This document shows, one piece after another, positions 37,497 to 46,812 of a stretch of DNA of 64,000 nt. The first letter of the stretch is position 1, and every line of letters starts with the position of its first letter. The stretch is taken from NCBI GenBank assembly GCA_040219255.1, contig JAVJSW010000012.1, positions 1 through 64,000 of the forward strand, given 5' to 3'. The position numbers and the translations under genes were made by a program. The notes under the pieces are model-generated. The model made no database searches. It was not told the origin of the DNA and saw nothing but the letters and a program-made list of their open reading frames with translations. Source of the DNA: Sumerlaeia bacterium (lineage in GTDB: Bacteria > Sumerlaeota > Sumerlaeia > SLMS01 > JAHLLQ01).

Positions 37497-40421
37497 TCAG
37501 GGTTCGCTCTTGGCCGTCAGCAACGCCACCGGCAGGTGTTCGAGCAGGAGGCCGGCCTCGGCCGTGGGTCCGGCGAGGGTGCGTTCCGAGCCGAGCAGCG
37601 CATCGGTCCAGAGCGTGGGGGCGCCCTCTGGCAGGGCGACTTCCGTGTCCGCCCAGATTTCCGGCCCGAGCGGCAACTGATCGGTGTGGACGACGCGTGT
37701 GAGGAGCCGGGGGGCGACCGCGATGGCCCACTCCGAGCCGGAGCGGCGGGCGAAGGCGACGACGCTCTTGGCGAAGCGGCCCTTGACCTCCAGCGGAATG
37801 TAGGCGCCTTCGCGAAAGAGCGAAGGCGAAGCCTTGCGCGCAAGCAGCCCGCGATGCGTCAGGAACATCTTGATGCGCCCGTCGATGCGGCTGTCGAGCA
37901 GTTCGGCGGCCAAGCCGGTGGGGCTTTCCTTCATGCGCCACTCGATGAAATCGAGGGTGTCTTTGCGGTGCTGGAAATTGACGGGCCGGCGATTGTCCGG
38001 GTCCACGAGGCTGAGGTCCCACATTTCGCAGCCCTGATAGAAGTCGGGCACGCCGGGCGAGGCGAGTTTGAGGAGCACTTGGCTCAGCGAATTGAAGAGG
38101 CCGTAGTGTTCGACCTTGGCGAGAAGGCGGCGGAACTCGGGAAGGAACTCGTTGTCCTCTCCGTCGCGCAGGATGGCCTGCACAAAGCGGTCATACTCGC
38201 GTTCGTACTCGTCGTCGGGCTTGATCCAGGCGGTGTGGATTTTGGCTTCGCGGACGGCCTTCTGGGCGTATTCGCGGATACGCTGGACAAAGGTGTCGTC
38301 GATTCTGCCGCCAAAAGGGGCGCAACCGAGTATGGTCTGATAGAGGAAGTACTCGTCGTTGCTGTCAGGGATGTCGCGGGTGAGGCTCGGGTCGCGGAGC
38401 GCATCGTTGATTTCGCGGAACGTATCGAGGTACCCCTGCCAGTCGTCGGGAATTTCCGAGAGCACGCTGATGCGGGCGCGGACGTCCTCGCCGCGCTTCG
38501 TGTCGTGCGTCGAAGTGGTCGTCATTTCGTGCGGCCAGGTTTCCGCACGGCGCTGATTGAAGGCATGGAAGGCGGGAGCGGACATCCCGAAATGACTCGG
38601 ATCGCCGCCGACTTCATTGAGCGAAATGAGCCGGTTGTAAATGTAGAACACCGTGTCCTCGACGCCCTTGGCCATCAGGGGCCCGGTGAACTGCTGGAGC
38701 TTCATGGTGAAGTGGGCGATCTGCTTGCGCTCGTCCTCGGACAACTGTTCCTCGCCCTCGCGCAGGACGAGGCGCTGGATGAAGTCCAGCTCTTTGCTGC
38801 GTTCCGGCAGCGTTTCCTTGCAGCGGTCGATCACGCTGCGGAACAGAACGACGTCCGGGCCGCTGAGGTGATGGGCGTTGAAGTAGGTGCGGTAAACGGG
38901 GAAGAGGGCGAGAATCTCGACCATGGACCGCCGCAGCGAGTACAGCGTCAGATCGTTGCCATAGCGGAATCGCCCGGCGACGCGCTTGAGGATGTGGGCC
39001 AGGTTGTCGATGTCGCCGGCCATGTGCTGGCCGATGATGAGGCGCTTTTTCTGAAGCACCAGTTCGTCGTAGGGACGCGTGAAATCGGTGAAGGCGACGT
39101 AGGCGCGGGTGAAGTCCTCGGCCTTCGAATCGTCCACCAGGACTCCCGCCACGGCGTTCAGGAAGCCGTAGCCGGTGGTGCCCTGAATGGGCCACTCGTT
39201 GGGCAGGTCCTCGTGGCCTTCGAGGATTTTCTCGACCACGATATAGGATTTCGGCGCCGCGTCGCGCAGCCGCCGCAGGTACGATGTCGGGTCGTAAAGC
39301 CCGTCGATGTGATCGAGCCGGATGCCGGAGAAGCGCCCCTCCTTGAGCAACCGCAGCGTCAACCGGTGCGTCGAACGGAAGACTTTTGGGTCCTCCATCC
39401 TCAGCGAAATCAGATCGTTGACGGTGAAGAAGCGGCGGTAGTTGAGTTCTTCGGTCCCGGCGCGCCAGTACGACAGGCGGAAAAACTGCTGGTCCAGCAG
39501 GTGGTCCAGATCGTTGAAGCTTTCGCGGTCGCCGGGCTTGCCGTTGTAGGATTCGACCGCTTCGTCGATCGCGTCGCGGATGGTGGGGTCGTTGCTGTAG
39601 AGCTCCCACAACATGGCCTTGATAAAGGCGATCAGGGCGCGGCGCTCGCTGGTGTGCTGCTCCTCGGGCAGATTGCGGATAAAGGCGATAATGCCGAGGA
39701 ACTTGACGAAGTCGGGATGTTTCGAACCCAGCGTCTGGCGCAGTTTGGGCAGTTTGCGCGAGAGCACGTCCGGGTAGGACTCGATCTTGAGCGGATAGCG
39801 ATGATCGTAGTAGGAGACGAAGAGGCCGCCCATGTTGTAGTTCAGCTTGATCTCGCCGTTTTCCAGGATATCGCCGTAGAACGAGCCGAGGAAGGGTGCG
39901 AGGAGCTTGCCCCGGATGCTCTCGTAGGGGTGGTCCCATTCGATGTCGAAGAACTGATAATAGGGCGATTCGGGGCCGTTCTCCAGAATGTCCATGAGGT
40001 AGGAATTCTGGGCATCGAAGGCCATGTGGTTGGGGACGAAGTCCTGGATCCAGCCGAGGCCGAGATCGCGGAGCTTGTCGCTGAGGACGAAGAAATCGTC
40101 TTCGCCGCCCAGTTCGCTGTTGATCGTGTTCGGATCCACCACGTCGTAGCCGTGATTGCTGCCGCGGCGGGCCTGGAAAATGGGCGAAGCGTAGAGATCC
40201 GAGACGCCGAGGCGGGCCATGTAGTCGGCGATTTCGAGCCCGGCCTTGAAGGGGAACCCGGCGTGGAACTGCACGCGATAGGTGGCGGTGGGCAGATGGA
40301 CCGGGCGTCTGCGCGAAGCCGCGCCGGGATGGCCGGCGGGCGACTGGTGGGGCCGGGAACGGCTGCCGGTATCGGTGATGATTTCATCGTCCGCGGTGGA
40401 GGGGGCGGGTACGTCCATCAT
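37497..40421 (-). CDS. treY: Malto-oligosyltrehalose synthase
   Basis: PTATYRVQF, GSNHGYDVVD, DFVPNHM, NYRRFF, RLDHIDGL, VVEKIL, STHDTKRGEDVR, SLVDPDNRRPV. Confidence 0.96.
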   Translation of the reverse strand: MMDVPAPSTADDEIITDTGSRSRPHQSPAGHPGAASRRRPVHLPTATYRVQFHAGFPFKAGLEIADYMARLGVSDLYASPIFQARRGSNHGYDVVDPNTINSELGGEDDFFVLSDKLRDLGLGWIQDFVPNHMAFDAQNSYLMDILENGPESPYYQFFDIEWDHPYESIRGKLLAPFLGSFYGDILENGEIKLNYNMGGLFVSYYDHRYPLKIESYPDVLSRKLPKLRQTLGSKHPDFVKFLGIIAFIRNLPEEQHTSERRALIAFIKAMLWELYSNDPTIRDAIDEAVESYNGKPGDRESFNDLDHLLDQQFFRLSYWRAGTEELNYRRFFTVNDLISLRMEDPKVFRSTHRLTLRLLKEGRFSGIRLDHIDGLYDPTSYLRRLRDAAPKSYIVVEKILEGHEDLPNEWPIQGTTGYGFLNAVAGVLVDDSKAEDFTRAYVAFTDFTRPYDELVLQKKRLIIGQHMAGDIDNLAHILKRVAGRFRYGNDLTLYSLRRSMVEILALFPVYRTYFNAHHLSGPDVVLFRSVIDRCKETLPERSKELDFIQRLVLREGEEQLSEDERKQIAHFTMKLQQFTGPLMAKGVEDTVFYIYNRLISLNEVGGDPSHFGMSAPAFHAFNQRRAETWPHEMTTTSTHDTKRGEDVRARISVLSEIPDDWQGYLDTFREINDALRDPSLTRDIPDSNDEYFLYQTILGCAPFGGRIDDTFVQRIREYAQKAVREAKIHTAWIKPDDEYEREYDRFVQAILRDGEDNEFLPEFRRLLAKVEHYGLFNSLSQVLLKLASPGVPDFYQGCEMWDLSLVDPDNRRPVNFQHRKDTLDFIEWRMKESPTGLAAELLDSRIDGRIKMFLTHRGLLARKASPSLFREGAYIPLEVKGRFAKSVVAFARRSGSEWAIAVAPRLLTRVVHTDQLPLGPEIWADTEVALPEGAPTLWTDALLGSERTLAGPTAEAGLLLEHLPVALLTAKSEP

Positions 40422-42865
40422 TGCACTTTCACTCCGAGGGATTCGCCGAGGGCGACGAGCTTCTCGCGACAACCGTCCTTGGGCTTGGGCGCGGAGGCGG
40501 CGCCGTCCGGTTTCTTGGCCAAGAGTTCCTTCGCCATGCGGAAAAAGCGGTTTTGGGAAGTCCACAAATCGAGGGTCACCTTGGCGCTGCGAGCCACGGA
40601 GAGGAGGTTGAGTGCCTGCTCGATAGCATGCAGATCGTTCGGTTTTTCTTCGAGGTGCTTCATCAGCGCCTCGACTCGATCCGTGATGACCAATAGCAAT
40701 TCCGCCTCGGAGGGCTGCACGTTCCACGCGCGCATTTCGTTGAGCAAGTTGTGGATACGGCTCATGTCCAGCTCCTCGGCTTCGAGGAGGTGCCTCAGAT
40801 CGGCGTTGAGAACGAATTCGGTGGTTGCGGCCAGGACCTTGGGAATGGGCTGGCGGGTTTGCTTGAGCACGTTGAGCATCGGGTAGGAGCGGTCGTAGAG
40901 ATGGCGCAGAGCGACTTCCGAGTCTTCGAGCGTGGGCTGGAAGACTTCCTCGATGATGCGGCGCTGCTCGTCGTGGAACAGGTGCCAAAGCGAATAGTTG
41001 TGATTTTCGTAGTGGGTGTCGATGAGGCGGATGACTTCCGGCACGGCATTGCGGCGGAAGGCCTCGCGGATCTGATCGCGCATTTCGCCAAAGGATTCTC
41101 CGCCCATGAATTCGCGCACGCCGCCGATCAGGTTCTGATCGCCCAGGTGCAGCACGGCGAAGCTGATTTCCGTTTCATCGTAGGTGATGCTGGAGCGGAT
41201 GCGGGTCCGGCCCACAACCAGGCGCGAGCGGCCCATCTCGAGGTAGTCGCGGTCGAGGGACACGCCCCGGTAACAGTACAGGTCGAAGCGCTCTCCGCAT
41301 TCATCGAAGAGCGACGTCACGGCGTGGTGGGCGCCGACGCGCAGAAGGCTGATGGCGGCGGGCTTGACGAAGTTCTCGTACACCCAGGCGCCGTTTTCGT
41401 ACTCGGCGATGTTGCTGGGGGCGTCGCGGAGTTTTTCCGTGAAGTCCGCATCCAGGTCGGGACCGCCGATTTCCTTGGCGAGTTGGATCGCCCGGGCGGC
41501 GTACTGGAGGATCTGGGTCGTTTCGATGCCCGAAATTTCGTCGAAGAACCACCCGCAACTCGTGTACATCAGGAGCGCGTGGCGCTGGATTTCCATGTGC
41601 TTGAGGATCTTCCCTCGAACGGTTGCCGGATCGGCGCCAGGGCCCGCCTTCGCGTGCTTCTTCAGGAAAGCGTCCACGCTCTCGGGCGAACGATCCATGA
41701 TGACGCTGACGTAAGCGTCGCGGGCTTTCCAGGGGTCGCGCAGCAACTTGCCGCCCTCCTTCTCGAAGAAGATGGCCAGTTCGTCGCGCAGCCAGTCGAG
41801 GGCCTCGCGCAGGGGCTGGCGCCATTCCTGGCTCCAGGAACCGTGCATGCCGCTGTTGCAGCCGCAGTTCGAGCGCCAGCGCTCGACCCCATGGACGCAG
41901 GACCAGGAGGAATTGTCCCAGATGCGGGCTTCCCATTTCGGCGGATGCTTTTCCAGGAACTCGCCGTAGATCGAGACCTTGGCGATGCCCTCGGACTCCA
42001 AATGGTGGAGGCAGTAGGAGAGGGCCATGTCGCCCTTGCCGTGGTGGTGGCCATAGGTCTCGCCGTCGGTGGCGATGTGAACCATGTGAGGCCAGTTGCC
42101 CTCCGTATCGAGGGCCCCGGCGAGGCGCCCGGCGAGGGCTTCGCCGTTGTTCAGCAACTTCTCGAAGGCGAGGGCCTGACTGATGGGGCCGTCGTAGAAG
42201 AACAGCGCGATGGATTTGCCGCTGGGCAGGCGGCAGAGGTATGGACGCCGCGGATCGACTTTGCCGTCGGAGGCGTCCTGCCAGGGTTCCTGGTCGCCGG
42301 CCTCCGTGATGGGGCGGGCCTGGGCCGCCTGGCGCGGGGCCAGGATTGTGTAGGCGATGCCGTGGTCGGCGAGCAGTTCCAGCGTGGGCGTGTCCACGGC
42401 TGTTTCGGCGAGCCAGATGCCCTCGGGCTTGCGGCCGAAGCGGGCTTCGAAGTCGGCCACCCCCCACACGATCTGGGTGACTTTATCGCGCTTGTTGGCC
42501 AGCGGCATGATGATGTGATTGTAGACTTGGGCGATGGCGCTGCCGTGACCGCCAAAGCGCTTCTGGCTCAGGGCGTCCGCCTCCAGAATGGCTTTGTACA
42601 CGGCCGGTTCGTGCTTCTCCATCCAGGAGAGCAAGGTCGGGCCGAAGTTGAAGCTGATGCGCGAGTAGTTGTTGATGATATCCACGATGTGGCCGTCGCC
42701 GTCGAGGATGCGCGAGGCCGTGTTGGGGCCGTAGCATTCGGCGGTGATGCGTTCGTTCCAGTCGTGATAGGGGAACGCGCTGCCTTGGGCTTCCACGTCT
42801 TCCAGCCACGCGTTTTCACGCGGGGGCTGGTAGAAATGGCCGTGGATGCAGATGTGTCGATTCAT
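40418..42865 (-). CDS. GH57 glycoside hydrolase with DUF3536
   Basis: IHGHFYQPPRE, NFGPTL, HIIMPL, WLAETA, ATDGETYGHH, SWSC.HGVERW, YTSCGWFFDE. Confidence 0.95.
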   Translation of the reverse strand: MNRHICIHGHFYQPPRENAWLEDVEAQGSAFPYHDWNERITAECYGPNTASRILDGDGHIVDIINNYSRISFNFGPTLLSWMEKHEPAVYKAILEADALSQKRFGGHGSAIAQVYNHIIMPLANKRDKVTQIVWGVADFEARFGRKPEGIWLAETAVDTPTLELLADHGIAYTILAPRQAAQARPITEAGDQEPWQDASDGKVDPRRPYLCRLPSGKSIALFFYDGPISQALAFEKLLNNGEALAGRLAGALDTEGNWPHMVHIATDGETYGHHHGKGDMALSYCLHHLESEGIAKVSIYGEFLEKHPPKWEARIWDNSSWSCVHGVERWRSNCGCNSGMHGSWSQEWRQPLREALDWLRDELAIFFEKEGGKLLRDPWKARDAYVSVIMDRSPESVDAFLKKHAKAGPGADPATVRGKILKHMEIQRHALLMYTSCGWFFDEISGIETTQILQYAARAIQLAKEIGGPDLDADFTEKLRDAPSNIAEYENGAWVYENFVKPAAISLLRVGAHHAVTSLFDECGERFDLYCYRGVSLDRDYLEMGRSRLVVGRTRIRSSITYDETEISFAVLHLGDQNLIGGVREFMGGESFGEMRDQIREAFRRNAVPEVIRLIDTHYENHNYSLWHLFHDEQRRIIEEVFQPTLEDSEVALRHLYDRSYPMLNVLKQTRQPIPKVLAATTEFVLNADLRHLLEAEELDMSRIHNLLNEMRAWNVQPSEAELLLVITDRVEALMKHLEEKPNDLHAIEQALNLLSVARSAKVTLDLWTSQNRFFRMAKELLAKKPDGAASAPKPKDGCREKLVALGESLGVKVQ

Positions 42866-42896
42866 AAGGGATCCTAATTGCTTTCGGTTCGATCGG

Positions 42897-44723
42897 TCAG
42901 GGCATCACAAAGGATGCGGCCTCGGTACTGCGGGGGGCGCCGGTGCGCCGATAGAGGTGGAAGCTGCGGCGCGAGAGCCGCTGGTCGTCCTCGTCGCGGT
43001 CGCCGCCAAAGAACGGCGACGCCGAATCCAGCACCAGGTCGAATTGCATGCCGGTCAAGGCGGGCTGGTCTTCCTGGCCAATATTGAAGGCGGCGAGGAA
43101 TTCGGCCTCGCCCGCGTGGCGCGACATGAGGAAGACATCGCCGTCGCGGCGGACTTCGATGGCGGACTTCGAGGCCGGAATGCCGAGGGCCGCTTCGCCC
43201 CGGCGCAGGCTGATGAGCGCCTTGTAGAGCGCCAGCATCTGGCCGTGGCGGCCGTTTTCGCGCTTGTCCCAATCGAGCTTCGAGCGCTCGAAAGTCGCTT
43301 CGCTCTGCGGGTCCGGCACGTCGCCGCCCCAGTCGAAGCTGGCGAATTCCTCGCGCCGCCCCTTGCGCACGGCCTCGACGAGCCAGTCGTCGCCGTGGCT
43401 GGTGAAGAACTGGAACGGATTCGTTTCGCCCCATTCCTCGCCCATGAACAGCATGGGCATCCAGGGACTGAGTAGCAATAATCCCGCCGCCAGCTTCTGC
43501 GATTCGAAATCCATCAGCGCGCTCTGGCGCTCGCCCAGGCCGCGGTTGCCGACCTGGTCGTGGTTCTGGATGCAGACACACATCTGGCGCGGCGCCAGCG
43601 CCGTCGGCGGCATGCCGTGAGTGCGCTTGCGGAAGGGGCTCCAGCGCCCGTCGAAAACGTAGGCCTGCGTCAGCACCGTCTGTAACTGATCGGGAGAGCC
43701 ATAATCGCAGTAGTAGCCCTCGTTTTCGCTCGTCAACACCGTGTGCACAACGTGGTGGAAGTCATCGACCCATTGGCCGCTGAGGCCGTAGCCGCCGGCC
43801 TTGGCGGGCGAGCAGAGTTTCGGATCGTTGGCGTCGCTCTCGGCGATCAGGTGGCGCGTCCAGCCCGTCGCTTGCGACAGCTCGCGCACCGCCTCGGCCA
43901 ACTGGCGCAGGAACGGGCGGGCGCTCGTGTCGTAGATGGCGTGCGTCGCGTCGAGCCGCAGCCCGTCCACGTGGTAATCGCGCAGCCACATCAGGGCGTT
44001 CTCGATAAAGAACGTGCGAACCGGGTCGCTGTCCTCGCCGTCGAAGTTCATGGCCGCGCCCCAAGGCGTCTTGTACTTTTCCGCCGAGTAGGGGGCAAAA
44101 AGTCCGGTGTAGTTACCCTCGGGCCCGAAGTGATTGTACACCACGTCCAGATAAACCGCGATGCCGCGCCGGTGACAGGCATCCACCAGCCGCTTCAGAC
44201 CATCCGGCCCGCCATAGCTGTTCTGCGGCGCGTAGGGATAGGTGCCATCGTAACCCCAGTTGCGGGAACCGGGGAACTGGGCGACGGGCATGATCTCGAT
44301 GGCGTTCACGCCGATATCCGTCAAGTGATCGAGCTTGGCGATGGCGGCGTCGAAGGTGCCCTCCGCCGTGAAGGTCCCGATGTGGAGTTCGTAGAGCACG
44401 GTCTGCTCCATCGGCAGGCCGCTCCAGCCCGCGTCGGTCCAGTCAAAGGCGCCGTGGGCGACGACTTCGCTGGGGCCGTGGGGGCCTTCAGGCTGAAAGC
44501 GCGACGCCGGATCGGGGCGGTCGTCGCCGTCGTCGGTCTGAAAGAAATAGCGCGCGCCGGGGCCGATGCCCTCGACGGCGGCTTCCCAGTAGCCGTGGGC
44601 GGCGGGCGTCATCTCGACGATCCGATCCTCGGGTGCGACGAGGTGCAACCGGGGCCGCCGGAGTTTCGGCGCCCAGAGGAGGAAGCGGGTTTGGTGGGAA
44701 AGCGGATGGGCGCCAGGAATCAT
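42897..44723 (-). CDS. treZ: Malto-oligosyltrehalose trehalohydrolase
   Basis: DPASRFQPEG.HG, YELHIGTFT, NWGYDG, DVVYNH, RLDATH, QNHDQVGNR, FMGEEWG. Confidence 0.96.
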   Translation of the reverse strand: MIPGAHPLSHQTRFLLWAPKLRRPRLHLVAPEDRIVEMTPAAHGYWEAAVEGIGPGARYFFQTDDGDDRPDPASRFQPEGPHGPSEVVAHGAFDWTDAGWSGLPMEQTVLYELHIGTFTAEGTFDAAIAKLDHLTDIGVNAIEIMPVAQFPGSRNWGYDGTYPYAPQNSYGGPDGLKRLVDACHRRGIAVYLDVVYNHFGPEGNYTGLFAPYSAEKYKTPWGAAMNFDGEDSDPVRTFFIENALMWLRDYHVDGLRLDATHAIYDTSARPFLRQLAEAVRELSQATGWTRHLIAESDANDPKLCSPAKAGGYGLSGQWVDDFHHVVHTVLTSENEGYYCDYGSPDQLQTVLTQAYVFDGRWSPFRKRTHGMPPTALAPRQMCVCIQNHDQVGNRGLGERQSALMDFESQKLAAGLLLLSPWMPMLFMGEEWGETNPFQFFTSHGDDWLVEAVRKGRREEFASFDWGGDVPDPQSEATFERSKLDWDKRENGRHGQMLALYKALISLRRGEAALGIPASKSAIEVRRDGDVFLMSRHAGEAEFLAAFNIGQEDQPALTGMQFDLVLDSASPFFGGDRDEDDQRLSRRSFHLYRRTGAPRSTEAASFVMP

Positions 44724-44920
44724 GGACGGGACGAGGAACTCCTGAGAAGGTTGCCCGTAGTAGAGCAACGCGGAGGCCGCGCGTCGCGACTTGTCTGTGT
44801 CCTTAGCGAAAAAGACCCCCCGGAGGCCGGGCGGAGGGGCCTTGTAACGGGGAAGTAAAATGTTTTAGCAAAGATTTGGAGAAGGTGTCCAGATTTTGCG
44901 CTCATGGCGAGCGCGCTGGG

Positions 44921-46612
44921 TTATTCAGATACAGCCATGGCGATCGGTTTACCACCCTCGCTCCCCGACCACCCCGGCCCATAAACCACCCGCCCCGGCT
45001 TCGCGCCCGTCGCTTCGTCGTCCTGGACGACGATCTCGCCGTTCACGATGACCAGCTTGAACCCCGTCGAGTACGCGTGCGGCTCCACAAAGGTGGCGTT
45101 GTCGGTGACCGTTTCCGGGTCGAAAAGCACCAGGTCGGCGGCTTTGCCTTCGGCGATCACGCCCCGGTCGTGGAAGTCAAAGGCGGTGGCGGGCAGCGAG
45201 GTCATCTTGCGGATGGCGTCCTCGAGCCGCAGCGCCCCCAGTTCCCGCACGTACCGCCCCAGAACCCGGGCGTTCGAGCCGTAGCCACGCGGGTGTGGCT
45301 TGCCGGCGCCGTACTCGCGGATGCCGCTGTCCGAGCAAATCGCCACCAGCGGGTGCTGCATGATGTTGACGACTTGCTCCTCGGGCAGGGTGTGGAAAAC
45401 GCCCGACGCGCCGCCCGCCTGATAGATCCGCCGCACCGCTTCATACTGGTCCTTCATGGTCACGGTGGGCCACTCTTCGCGGGGGATGGCTTTCCAGTCC
45501 ACGTCCTCGCCGTTCGCGTCCTGAAGGGCGAAAATCTGGGCCATCTCTTGCAGGTTCAATCCCTGGTATTCCGGATTCCAGCGGCAGTAGGCCACCACCG
45601 CGAAGCTCAGGTCTTTGCGCAGGCGATTGCCCTCGTGGTGGTCCGCCATGTCCTTGTAGTACTTCACCAGCACTTCCGCGTCCTCGAGCATATCCTTGGC
45701 CTTGTCGTGGCCCTGTTCGAGGACCCACTCGGGAAAGAGCACGCTCATCGACGTGCTCGATGCCGTGTACGGGTACTGATCGATCCAGACTTCCATGCCT
45801 TCGGCGCGGGCCTGCTCGACCTTGGCCAGAGTGGTGTCGCTGCCGCCGATGCGCTCGACCATGTCGCGGGGCATTTTGAAGTGGCTGATCTGGACACGGC
45901 TGTTGGCGCCTCGGCCGACGTCGAGGGCTTCATCGATGGCGGCCAGGATTTCCAGGCTTTCGCTGCGCATGTGCGAGGCGTAGATGCCGCCATGCTGGGC
46001 CGCGACGCTCTGCATGGCGACGATTTCGTCCAGCGGGCTGTAGGTGCCGGGGGTGTAGATGAGGCCGGTGCTCATGCCCACGGCGCCGTCGCGCATGGCT
46101 TTCTCGACCATGGCTTTGGCTTCGGCGAGTTGGTCCTCGGTCAGTTCGCCGGCCACGTTGCCCTTCACGTTACGCAGGATCGTGTTGTGGCCGATCAGCG
46201 AGGCGATGTTAATCGCCATGCCCTGGGTCGTCATGTTGTCGAAGTACTCGGCCATGTCCTTCTCGGAATAGCCGCAGTTGCCGGTGACCGCGGTGGTGAC
46301 GCCATTGCGGGTGAAGTTCTCGGCCAGCGGGCGGTCGTACACGTCGCTGTCGATGTGGGTGTGGACGTCGATAAAGCCGGGGGCGAGGACGAGGGTCTTA
46401 CCGGCGTGGACCACGGTGTCGGCGGTGGCGGAATCGGGCACGTCGCCCACGGCGGCGATTGTGTCGCCGAGCACGGCCACATCGCCGTACTGCCAGGGAT
46501 TGCCGGTGCCATCGACGATCTTGGCGTCGCGAATGATCAGATCGTATTGGCCGAACGCCGCCGAAGCGGCGAGCAGCGGCAGGAACGCGAGCGGTCGCAG
46601 AGTGGAAAGCAT
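44921..46612 (-). CDS. N-acyl-D-amino-acid deacylase (amidohydrolase), probably secreted
   Basis: PGFIDVHTH, GNCG, STGLIYTPG, SHMRSE, SHFK, DQYPY, HPRGYG; N-terminal signal peptide. Confidence 0.92.
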   Translation of the reverse strand: MLSTLRPLAFLPLLAASAAFGQYDLIIRDAKIVDGTGNPWQYGDVAVLGDTIAAVGDVPDSATADTVVHAGKTLVLAPGFIDVHTHIDSDVYDRPLAENFTRNGVTTAVTGNCGYSEKDMAEYFDNMTTQGMAINIASLIGHNTILRNVKGNVAGELTEDQLAEAKAMVEKAMRDGAVGMSTGLIYTPGTYSPLDEIVAMQSVAAQHGGIYASHMRSESLEILAAIDEALDVGRGANSRVQISHFKMPRDMVERIGGSDTTLAKVEQARAEGMEVWIDQYPYTASSTSMSVLFPEWVLEQGHDKAKDMLEDAEVLVKYYKDMADHHEGNRLRKDLSFAVVAYCRWNPEYQGLNLQEMAQIFALQDANGEDVDWKAIPREEWPTVTMKDQYEAVRRIYQAGGASGVFHTLPEEQVVNIMQHPLVAICSDSGIREYGAGKPHPRGYGSNARVLGRYVRELGALRLEDAIRKMTSLPATAFDFHDRGVIAEGKAADLVLFDPETVTDNATFVEPHAYSTGFKLVIVNGEIVVQDDEATGAKPGRVVYGPGWSGSEGGKPIAMAVSE

Positions 46613-46690
46613 GGAAGGTCCTTTTGGATGCAACTGATTGCACGAGAGAAGCGGACGGCGGGAGATTGCGCAAGGGAAGAGGCGGGAGGT

Positions 46691-46728
46691 TTTTAACGCG
46701 GAGCAGCAAAGGAGCAGAGGCGCAAAGG
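46691..46728 (+). repeat. Solo repeat arm upstream of the nuclease-helicase gene
   Basis: TTTTAACGCGGAGCAGCAAAGGAGCAGAGGCGCAAAGG; matches the TTYAACGCGGAG end of the 13876-13906 arm. Confidence 0.55.
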
Positions 46729-46812
46729 AGGGAGGCGGGCGGGGAGACTTGGGGTTTTCCCTTGGGCCGAACCACGAGGGGCTCCAAGGTGTCGGCGTTC
46801 CCTTGATGGAAA

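Noticed and set aside
37536-40886. 1116-aa plus-strand ORF and many other long antisense ORFs (e.g. 22524-24797, 40751-42877, 2895-4589, 50567-52366)
   Set aside because: Shadow frames of well-supported genes, caused by high-GC codon bias; no motifs of their own.
37497-44723. treZ-GH57-treY cluster as a novel system
   Set aside because: A known glycogen-to-trehalose arrangement with canonical motifs.
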